The position numbers were made by a program, and so were the translations under genes. Positions 22,687 through 32,000 of a stretch of 32,000 nucleotides of DNA are shown piece by piece. The stretch is from Dickeya dadantii NCPPB 898. GTDB taxonomy: Bacteria; Pseudomonadota; Gammaproteobacteria; Enterobacterales; Enterobacteriaceae. Each line of letters begins with the position of its first letter. Positions within the stretch are counted from its first letter, which is position 1. Location: assembly GCF_000406145.1 (NCBI RefSeq), contig NZ_CM001976.1:357497-389496 (forward strand). The letters are read 5' to 3'. Under the pieces are notes generated by a model. It did no database searches and was not told the origin of the DNA. It saw only the letters and a list, made by a program, of their open reading frames with translations.

Positions 22687-22702
22687 CTGTAAATATAACC
22701 AG
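22687..22702 (-). promoter_or_regulatory. LexA (SOS) box-like site immediately upstream of qnr
   Basis: The minus strand reads CTGGTTATATTTACAG. This is CTG-N10-CAG with an AT-rich core, one mismatch to CTGT-N8-ACAG. It ends 8 nt before the qnr ATG. qnrB alleles are known to carry a LexA box in this position. Confidence 0.55.
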
Positions 22703-22742
22703 TTTTCGGTCATCTTACTGGTCGCCAGCCTCGCAAGCTACT

Positions 22743-22776
22743 TTTTGTCACGCGAACTTTTGTCACGCGAACTTTT
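22743..22776. repeat. 15-bp perfect tandem repeat (2 copies plus a partial copy) between the scrR stop and the qnr start
   Basis: ttttgtcacgcgaac at 22743-22757 and again at 22758-22772, then tttt. Confidence 0.9.
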
Positions 22777-22806
22777 CGGTGAGACCTTTGGGAGGCGCTA
22801 TCGTGT

Positions 22807-23847
22807 TCAGGCGCGGGAATCCGGGTGACGCCAGTGCGGGCGGGTCGGCACATATACGCGGCTTTCCGTCAGCGGCTGTCCTTCAATCAGTGCGTTGATC
22901 ATCTCAAAACTGTTGCGCGCCAGCGTCTCGCAATCCTGCGCCACGGTATCGATCTTCATCGGCAGGCAATCGAACAGGTAGTGATCGTCAAAGCTGCACA
23001 GCCGCATGTCGCAGTCCATCAGGTTGTGCTGATTCAGGTAACGCAGCACGCCTTCCAGCAGGCCGCAGGCGGCGGTAAACAGCGCTTTGGGCGGCCGGCC
23101 GAGGCGGGCGCACAGTTGGGCGAACATCTCGTAACCGGCGCTGGAATGATAGTTGCCGTGGATAATCCATTCCGGGCGGCACTCGACGCCGGCGCGCTCC
23201 AGCCCAAGCTGGAAACCGGCCAGTCGATCGCGGGTAGGGGAAATGCGCGGCTGACCGCCGATGAAATAGAACTCGTCCGGATGCCGACGGGCGATGTTTT
23301 CCACCAGCGCAGCGGTAGACTCCACCGCTTCGGAAACCACCATCGGCAGGTTGGACTCGCCGATCACCCGGTCGAACTGCAACACCGGCAACTGCTGATT
23401 AATCTTTTGGTATTCGACATCGCTCAACATGCTGGAGGCGACGATCAGGCCGTCCACCTGACGCTGTATCAGGCTGTTGACCGCCATCATTTCCTGGCTG
23501 GCGTTCTCATCGGTACAGGCAATCAGCAACTGCAACCCGGCTTCCCGACACAAGCACTCCAGTTCGCGGGAGATCATCGCAAAACCGTAGTTGGTCATTT
23601 CCGGCACCACCAGCCCCAGCGTGTTGCTACGGCTGGAGCGCAGAGAGCGGGCGTGGATGCTGGGTTGATAGCGTTGCTGTTGCGCCAGCGCCAGCACCCG
23701 GTCACGGGTTTCGTCCGAAACGCGGAACTCTTTGCTGCGGCCATTGAGAACCAGACTGGCGGTGGATTTGGATACTCCCGCCAGTCGTGCGATGTCGCTG
23801 ATTGTGACGCGTTTGGTCTGTTTCACCGTGATATCTTTAGAGGACAA
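22807..23847 (-). CDS. scrR: Sucrose operon repressor ScrR (LacI/GalR family)
   Basis: [59 protein letters not shown]...[24 protein letters not shown] is collinear with Klebsiella/pUR400 ScrR as recalled. It is the last gene of the scrKYABR order. Confidence 0.92.
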   Translation of the reverse strand: MSSKDITVKQTKRVTISDIARLAGVSKSTASLVLNGRSKEFRVSDETRDRVLALAQQQRYQPSIHARSLRSSRSNTLGLVVPEMTNYGFAMISRELECLCREAGLQLLIACTDENASQEMMAVNSLIQRQVDGLIVASSMLSDVEYQKINQQLPVLQFDRVIGESNLPMVVSEAVESTAALVENIARRHPDEFYFIGGQPRISPTRDRLAGFQLGLERAGVECRPEWIIHGNYHSSAGYEMFAQLCARLGRPPKALFTAACGLLEGVLRYLNQHNLMDCDMRLCSFDDHYLFDCLPMKIDTVAQDCETLARNSFEMINALIEGQPLTESRVYVPTRPHWRHPDSRA

Positions 23848-23875
23848 TGTGCCTTTAATGGCATGAAAAGGAACC

Positions 23876-25288
23876 TTATTCTATCACGCACGGTGCCAAC
23901 AGCCAGTGTTGCAGCGTAATGCGTCCGGAACCGCTGAAGCTGACCATGGCGTCGCTGGTGGGGAAGTAGCGTGACGACATCACCGCCTGCCCGTGGTTGA
24001 TAAAGATTTCCACGCTGGAGCGGTCGCACAGAATCTGTAGGTGGTGCAGCGGGCCGTCATGCCAGTAACGGTGTTCCGACTCATTGGTGCGGCGATTACG
24101 GCGGCTCAGGGTCAGGCGTTCGCCGTCCCAGCACAGCACCATTACTCCGGCGAAGTTGAGCTGAAATTCGCCCTGCGTGTCCAGCACCAGTTCCGCGCTG
24201 CTGGCGGGCAACGCGGGCGCGTAATCGGCGACGCCCTGCCACAGATGTTCCAGATGACGCAGGCTTTGCAGCTCGCGCACCGGTTGCTGGTAAATCCGGT
24301 CATCGCGCAGCGTCAGTTCACGCGGGCAGGTCATGGTATGGATCCAGCCGTGGACGATCGTGGGCTGGAAGAACTCGTTCTGATCCGGCACGCCCATCCA
24401 GCCGAACAGCAGCCGGCGGCCATCTTCGCTTTGCGTGGTTTGCGGCGCGTAAAATTCGAAGCCCAGATCCAGTTCGTGGAACGCCTGATGGGTGAAGCGG
24501 CCGCTGTCGTAGTCGAGCGAGCCGATGAAATAGCCGGACTGATGGGTATTCAGGTAGCGCTCTTCTTCGGCGGGCAGCCCCTGCGGGCAGCAAATCAGCA
24601 CGTCGTGGTTTTCCAGTGCAAACAGGTCCGGACATTCCCACATGTAACCGAAATCGCCCAGCCCGTTGAGCCGGGAGCCGGCGATTTCACCCAGAGCATG
24701 CCACTGCAGCAGATCGGAGGACCGATACAGCAGCACCTTGCCCTGCAAATCCATATCTTGCGCGCCCAGCACCATGTACCAGTTATCCTGATGACGCCAG
24801 ACCTTCGGGTCGCGAACGTGGCCGGTGTACCCTTCCGGCAATGACAACACCGGGCCGGTCTTGTCGAATTCGCCGTCGTCGTTGGCGCGCGCCAGACACT
24901 GATACGCGGTGCGTGAGCCGTCGTCGTATTTCACATTGCCGGTATAAATCAGCACCAGGGCATCGTTGTCCACCACGGCGGAGCCAGAATAACAGCCGTG
25001 GCTTTCATAGCTTTCCGCCGGCACCAGCGCCACCGGTTCGTGACGCCAGTGCACCAGATCGGCGGAGCTCCAGTGCCCCCAGAACTTGGCGCCGTGGGCG
25101 CAGGCCTGTGGATTCCACTGATAAAACAGATGGTAACGCCCCTTATGCTGCACGAATCCATTGGGGTCGTTCAGCAGCCCGACCAGCGGCGACAGGTGCC
25201 ACTGCGGACGATGCGGGTCATAGGTTTGCCGTGACGGTCCGGACATCAGGGCGTAGGCCATGCGTTTTAACAGATGGATTTCCTTCAT
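23876..25288 (-). CDS. scrB: Sucrose-6-phosphate hydrolase (GH32 invertase)
   Basis: GH32 motifs LNDPNG, FYQWNP, RDPKVW and WECPD. Collinear with Klebsiella ScrB. Its ATG overlaps the scrA TAA by 1 nt. An alternative start lies at MAYALMSG. Confidence 0.93.
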   Translation of the reverse strand: MKEIHLLKRMAYALMSGPSRQTYDPHRPQWHLSPLVGLLNDPNGFVQHKGRYHLFYQWNPQACAHGAKFWGHWSSADLVHWRHEPVALVPAESYESHGCYSGSAVVDNDALVLIYTGNVKYDDGSRTAYQCLARANDDGEFDKTGPVLSLPEGYTGHVRDPKVWRHQDNWYMVLGAQDMDLQGKVLLYRSSDLLQWHALGEIAGSRLNGLGDFGYMWECPDLFALENHDVLICCPQGLPAEEERYLNTHQSGYFIGSLDYDSGRFTHQAFHELDLGFEFYAPQTTQSEDGRRLLFGWMGVPDQNEFFQPTIVHGWIHTMTCPRELTLRDDRIYQQPVRELQSLRHLEHLWQGVADYAPALPASSAELVLDTQGEFQLNFAGVMVLCWDGERLTLSRRNRRTNESEHRYWHDGPLHHLQILCDRSSVEIFINHGQAVMSSRYFPTSDAMVSFSGSGRITLQHWLLAPCVIE

Positions 25289-26658
25289 TATGCGTTGTCC
25301 GTTTTGTATTTCAGCAACAGAGAGATCAGGAAGGCAGCGCCAAAGGCGATCAACATACCGAGCAGATAATTCAGCATTGAGCCAGCCTGTACGATGGCAA
25401 GGCCCGGAATGCCGGTCAGCCCGACCGCCGTCATGTTGACGTGGTTGGCGACGACCCAGGCGCCACCCAACGCACCGCCCGCCAGCCCGGCCAGGAACGG
25501 TTTGATGAAGCGCAGGTTAATCCCGAAGATCGCCGCTTCGGTAATGCCGAGCAGACAGGAAAGCGACGACGGCACGGCGATGGCTCTGATTTTAGCGTCG
25601 CGGGTTTTGAAGTATACCGCCAGACAGGCGCCGCCCTGCGCCACGTTAGCCATCGCCCAGATCGGCAGCAGGAAGTTGACGCCGATGGACGGGTTACCCA
25701 GCAATCCGGCTTCGATGGCGTGGAAGCTGTGGTGGACGCCGGTGATGACGATAGCCGAATACAGTCCGCCGAACAGCAGCCCGGCCAGCCAGCCCGCGTG
25801 GGTAATCAGGGTGCTCAGCACTAAGGAAATGCCGTCGCCCAGCATGCGGCCCGCCGGGCCAATCACCAGCATGGCGACGAAGCCGGAAATGATCACGGTC
25901 AGGAACGGCGTCACGATGATATCCAGCGCGTTCGGCACCACCTTACGCAGGCGCTTTTCCACCAGACTCATGAACCATACCGCCAGCAATACCGGGAACA
26001 CGGTGCCCTGGTAACCGATCATGGCGAATTCCAGACCGAACAGGTGCATGGTTTTGAAACCGCCGGCCACGCCCCAGGCGTTGGTCAGCGCCGGGTGGGT
26101 GAGGATGCCGCCCAGCGTCGCGCCCAGATAGGGGTTGCCGCCAAATTCACGCGCGGCGGTAAAGCCGATCAAAATCGGCAGAATGATGAACGCGGCGGAG
26201 CTGAACATATCCAGCATCACGAAAATGGCGCTGCCGGCATCGACCCAGCCGTAGGTCTTGATCATGCCGAGCAGGCCCATCAGCAGGCCGGAGGCGACAA
26301 TCGCCGGGATAATCGGCACGAAAATGTTCGACAGCAACCGGGCCAGGCGTTGCAGCGGGTTGAGTTTCTGCGCCGCCAGCGTGGCCGCTTCGCTGGTGCT
26401 GGCTTCGCTGATGCCGGCGGCCTTGATGAATTCGGCGTAGACCTTGTTCACCAGCCCGGAGCCAAAAATAATCTGCATCTGGCCGGCATTCTGGAAACAC
26501 CCTTTGACGCCTTCGACATTTTCGATGGCGGTTTTATCGGCCAGGCTGTCATCGTTGAGCACCAGCCGCAGGCGGGTGGCGCAGTGCGCGGCGCTGGCGA
26601 TATTTTCCCTGCCTCCCAGTAAAGGGATCAGGGAGGCCGCAGTGGCATGAATATCCAT
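25288..26658 (-). CDS. scrA: PTS sucrose-specific EIIBC component
   Basis: EIIB phospho-cysteine motif NIASAAHCATRLRLVL followed by a multi-TM EIIC domain. GAGGAAG Shine-Dalgarno upstream of ATG 26658. Confidence 0.95.
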   Translation of the reverse strand: MDIHATAASLIPLLGGRENIASAAHCATRLRLVLNDDSLADKTAIENVEGVKGCFQNAGQMQIIFGSGLVNKVYAEFIKAAGISEASTSEAATLAAQKLNPLQRLARLLSNIFVPIIPAIVASGLLMGLLGMIKTYGWVDAGSAIFVMLDMFSSAAFIILPILIGFTAAREFGGNPYLGATLGGILTHPALTNAWGVAGGFKTMHLFGLEFAMIGYQGTVFPVLLAVWFMSLVEKRLRKVVPNALDIIVTPFLTVIISGFVAMLVIGPAGRMLGDGISLVLSTLITHAGWLAGLLFGGLYSAIVITGVHHSFHAIEAGLLGNPSIGVNFLLPIWAMANVAQGGACLAVYFKTRDAKIRAIAVPSSLSCLLGITEAAIFGINLRFIKPFLAGLAGGALGGAWVVANHVNMTAVGLTGIPGLAIVQAGSMLNYLLGMLIAFGAAFLISLLLKYKTDNA

Positions 26659-26685
26659 AGTCTTCCTCTTTTATCAATCAGGTGT

Positions 26686-26731
26686 GCGGCCACCCGTCAC
26701 CGGTAGCATAAGCCTTGCCGGTGACGGCCGC
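26686..26731 (-). other. Strong intercistronic stem-loop between scrY and scrA
   Basis: 9-bp inner stem CGTCACCGG/CCGGTGACG (26695-26703 / 18-26726 read as 26718-26726) plus a 5-bp outer stem GCGGC/GCCGC (26686-26690 / 26727-26731), with a 4-nt bulge and a 14-nt loop. No U-tract follows on the coding strand. Confidence 0.5.
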
Positions 26732-26739
26732 GTTAACCG

Positions 26740-28377
<1,638 letters not shown>

Positions 28378-28405
28378 TCAGATGGCTTTTTTTGTTTTGC
28401 TAAAT

Positions 28406-28423
28406 TGCTAAACCGGTTATGCA
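28406..28423. promoter_or_regulatory. Putative ScrR/Cra-type (LacI-family) operator upstream of scrY
   Basis: TGCTAAACCGGTTATGCA is a 14/18 palindrome centred on AACCGGTT. It lies 50-67 nt upstream of the scrY ATG. It shares the 9-mer GCTAAACCG with the site upstream of scrK. Confidence 0.4.
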
Positions 28424-28549
28424 GCGAAAGCTAAATGGGGCGAAGAGGGTTGGCAAGGAATTTTGTTTTCTTGCTGTGCTAACTGTGATCATGACAACAA
28501 AACCCGCTCCCGACGGTGCATGCGGCTGTCGGGAACCGGTTCTGAAAGG

Positions 28550-29473
28550 CTATGACGCGGTGGTGAGTTGATGGGCGAACGGTAGCGCCGTCATCGCGCC
28601 TTTGGCGGTGGTCGCCAGTGCGCCGCAGCGTTGCGCCTGCGTGAGCACGCTATGCCAGTCGTCAATCTGGTACAGGCTATCGTAGCCGGCCAGCGCGGCG
28701 AGCATGCCGGCGACAAAGGCATCGCCGGCGCCGGTGGTGTCGACCGGGGTGACGCGGTGCGCCAGGAAGTGCCGCAACTGGTGGCCGTCATGCAGCCAGA
28801 CGCCGTCGCCGCCCTGAGTAATCAGCAACCGTTTGATGGGGTAGCGGGCCATCAGGTTAGCACTGCCCTGACGAATGTCCTCGCTGCCGCTGAGAAACAG
28901 GAATTCCTCTTCCGACAGCTTCACCACGTCCGCCAGCGCCAGCACCTGATCCAGACTGGTTCTCAATTCCTGCTCGCTGCGCCACAGGTCGGCGCGGATA
29001 TTCGGGTCAAAACTGACCCATCCTTGTGCGGCGCGAATCCGTTGTATCGCTTCCAGCGCCGTGCTGCGCGACGGTTCGCGAGACAGCGCGATAGAGCACA
29101 GGTGCAGCCATTCGCTGCGCTGAAACGCCGGCAGGTCGGACGGTTGCAGGAACAGGTCGGCGCTGGGGCGCACCATGAACGTGAAGGTGCGTTCACCCTG
29201 GGCATCAAGACTCACCACCACGGTGGAAGTACGGTGTTCCGCATCCGGTTGCATGTGGCGGATATCTACCTGCTCGCGGGCCAGCACGTCGCGCAGGAAA
29301 TGGCCGAACGCGTCCTCGCCGACGCGGCCGATAAAGCCGCTGTGTCCGCCCAATCGGGCGACGCCCACGGCGACGTTGGCGGGCGCGCCCCCCGGACATT
29401 TCAGATAGCGCTCCTCGCCTTCCGGAATGAGGTCGACTACCGCATCGCCCATTACCCATACTTTGTGAGACAT
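28550..29473 (-). CDS. scrK: Fructokinase (PfkB family)
   Basis: VWVMGDAVVDLIPEGEERYLKCPGGAPANVAVGVARLGG...DTTGAGDAFVAGMLAAL. It is the first gene of the scrKYABR order. Confidence 0.92.
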   Translation of the reverse strand: MSHKVWVMGDAVVDLIPEGEERYLKCPGGAPANVAVGVARLGGHSGFIGRVGEDAFGHFLRDVLAREQVDIRHMQPDAEHRTSTVVVSLDAQGERTFTFMVRPSADLFLQPSDLPAFQRSEWLHLCSIALSREPSRSTALEAIQRIRAAQGWVSFDPNIRADLWRSEQELRTSLDQVLALADVVKLSEEEFLFLSGSEDIRQGSANLMARYPIKRLLITQGGDGVWLHDGHQLRHFLAHRVTPVDTTGAGDAFVAGMLAALAGYDSLYQIDDWHSVLTQAQRCGALATTAKGAMTALPFAHQLTTAS

Positions 29474-29519
29474 AATTACACTCTTTATCGGGATAGTTAA
29501 ACTGTTCGCTAAAATAGAA

Positions 29520-29532
29520 GAAACGGTTTAGC
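29520..29532. promoter_or_regulatory. Putative ScrR/Cra-type operator upstream of scrK
   Basis: GAAACGGTTTAGC (reverse complement GCTAAACCGTTTC) lies 47-59 nt upstream of the scrK ATG. It has the same 9-mer core as the scrY site. Confidence 0.35.
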
Positions 29533-29883
29533 TAATCAACTTGTTGATGGCAAGAGGGGCATGAAAAGCTTATCAGCAGTGCGGTTCATGGCCGCTGTGT
29601 GGCGGTGTAACCCGGTGAGGTCGCTAATGACAGATCGTTGAATTTATGGCAATAAAAAATCAGGCGAGGATGTCATAAAAAATAATTATCTCGTGGGAAT
29701 GCGACATATTTCCAAATCATTATTATACTAATCATATTATATTTATTCCCGAATATTATTTACCGGCTAACAAATATCGCCGATGAGATAACTCGCTTTT
29801 TTATTTATAAAAATTATCTTGTCACAAAATATTATTTTTCCATACTTTATAGTGAATCACTCATCAGTCGGTGAGGTAACGCA

Positions 29884-29985
29884 ATGCCTGATGCAGTCCA
29901 TTCGGATCTGCTGTCTGTTGCTTATTTTCGCTATTGGGGCAAGGCGCGCTCGTATTCTGAAAATGATTCCCTTTATTTTTATTAG
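29884..29985 (+). pseudogene. cas3: Putative remnant of the cas3 5' end (33 codons then TAG)
   Basis: It translates to MPDAVHSDLLSVAYFRYWGKARSYSENDSLYFY*. The Y/H-WGK-A/S motif near residue 15-20 is the characteristic type I-E Cas3 N-terminus (E. coli ...ICHYWGKSS...). It is on the same strand as cse1, 284 nt upstream of it, in the canonical cas3 position. Only about 0.4 kb is present where an approximately 2.7-kb gene would be expected. Confidence 0.4.
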
Positions 29986-30256
29986 GTTAGTGATGCCCGC
30001 TGTTTCTGGTCGCTTCATCGGGACAGTGAGAAAAACGAACGTGCGTTGACGGACAGCCTTGTGTCGGATTCCACAGTAATAACGCAACAATAATGAGGTT
30101 TATTCGGCTACGCGTCGGGTCGAAATGAAAAATATTCCCGCATTGGCGGGGTTTGTTCACCGGGAAATATCGGAGCCTCTGGCGTGAACTCTGGCGCGCC
30201 GGGGCGGAAAACAATAACAGGAACCATGACGACCTCAGGGATGAGGCCCGACTTGA

Positions 30257-31777
<1,521 letters not shown>

Positions 31778-31781
31778 CCGG

Positions 31782-31813
31782 TAGCCGTCCCCCGGCCGGG
31801 GTGATAGCCGTCC
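31782..31813. repeat. 9-bp direct repeat flanking a GC palindrome just after the cse1 stop
   Basis: TAGCCGTCC (31782-31790), then cccggccggggtga, then TAGCCGTCC (31805-31813). The interior CCCCGGCCGGGG is a perfect 12-bp palindrome. Confidence 0.85.
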
Positions 31814-31832
31814 AGGCTGGGATTATTGAAAC

Positions 31833-31864
31833 GCGACCTGAATACTCAGGTCGCTTGGCTTTAT
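31833..31864 (+). terminator. Hairpin terminator downstream of cse1, possibly bidirectional
   Basis: 9-bp perfect stem GCGACCTGA/TCAGGTCGC (31833-31841 / 31846-31854) with the 4-nt loop ATAC, followed by TTGGCTTTAT. An A-rich tract (TTGAAAC) precedes it. Confidence 0.55.
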
Positions 31865-32000
31865 GGGCACGCGTCGAGAGATTGGTCATATTTAAGCCTC
31901 ATCGCGTTGCCTGCGAGTCGCTTGATTTCAACGTGAGCAGATGGCTTTACGTCAATGCTCGTCCCCTTCCACACTGGTCACAACATCAAAATTTCCCTTT

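Noticed and set aside
28484-28499. CRP-like site TGTGATCATGACAACA upstream of scrY.
   Set aside because: The right half-site (CAACA versus TCACA) is weak, and the site is about 130 nt from the ATG. It is plausible for a catabolite-controlled operon but is not supported well enough to list as a feature.
29819-30214. Small ORFs in the AT-rich cas3-cse1 gap: 29819-30049(+) 76 aa, which is hydrophobic; 29857-30090(-); and 29987-30214(-).
   Set aside because: They have non-ATG or weak starts and no Shine-Dalgarno. They overlap each other in an AT-rich, probably decayed region, and are in a different frame from the Cas3-like stub. No motifs were recognised.
31941-32000. Two edge frames. A plus-strand ATG at 31941 is open to the window end (MALRQCSSPSTLVTTSKFP...). 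A minus-strand frame enters from beyond 32000 and stops at 31953 (...KGNFDVVTSVEGDEH*).
   Set aside because: Both are too short (16-20 codons) to call. Neither resembles the Cse2/CasB N-terminus. The minus-strand frame could be the 3' end of a convergent gene sharing the 31833-31854 hairpin, but that cannot be supported from the window.

Overview
GC-rich enterobacterial chromosome segment; the gene order and protein sequences look like Pectobacteriaceae (Dickeya-like) or Yersiniaceae, but the species cannot be determined from this window. Positions 1 to about 21,950 are conserved core synteny matching the E. coli tolC-parE-parC-metC-exbBD neighbourhood: ygiC' (edge-truncated), ygiB and tolC on the minus strand; nudF-yqiB-cpdA-yqiA-parE on the plus strand; a LysR regulator; mdaB; parC-plsC-ftsP; dkgA-yqhD; yqhC; yghB-metC; exbB-exbD. 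All of these look intact. Several true starts lie inside the longer ORFs given in the track. The last 10 kb is accessory and holds three modules. (1) A visibly AT-richer QnrB/QnrD-like pentapeptide-repeat gene with a LexA-box-like site just upstream of its ATG. (2) A complete scrK-scrY-scrA-scrB-scrR sucrose regulon. (3) What reads as a collapsed type I-E CRISPR-Cas locus: a very AT-rich leader, a 33-codon stub resembling the Cas3 N-terminus, a full-length 502-aa Cse1/CasA ORF, then a hairpin terminator. No cse2, cas7, cas5, cas6e, cas1, cas2 or CRISPR array follows in the remaining 220 bp. I did not recognise any rRNA, tRNA, IS element or integrase. The many long ORFs antisense to real genes are GC-driven artefacts. 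The ORF track omits ORFs that run off the window edges, which is why ygiC at the left edge is missing from it.
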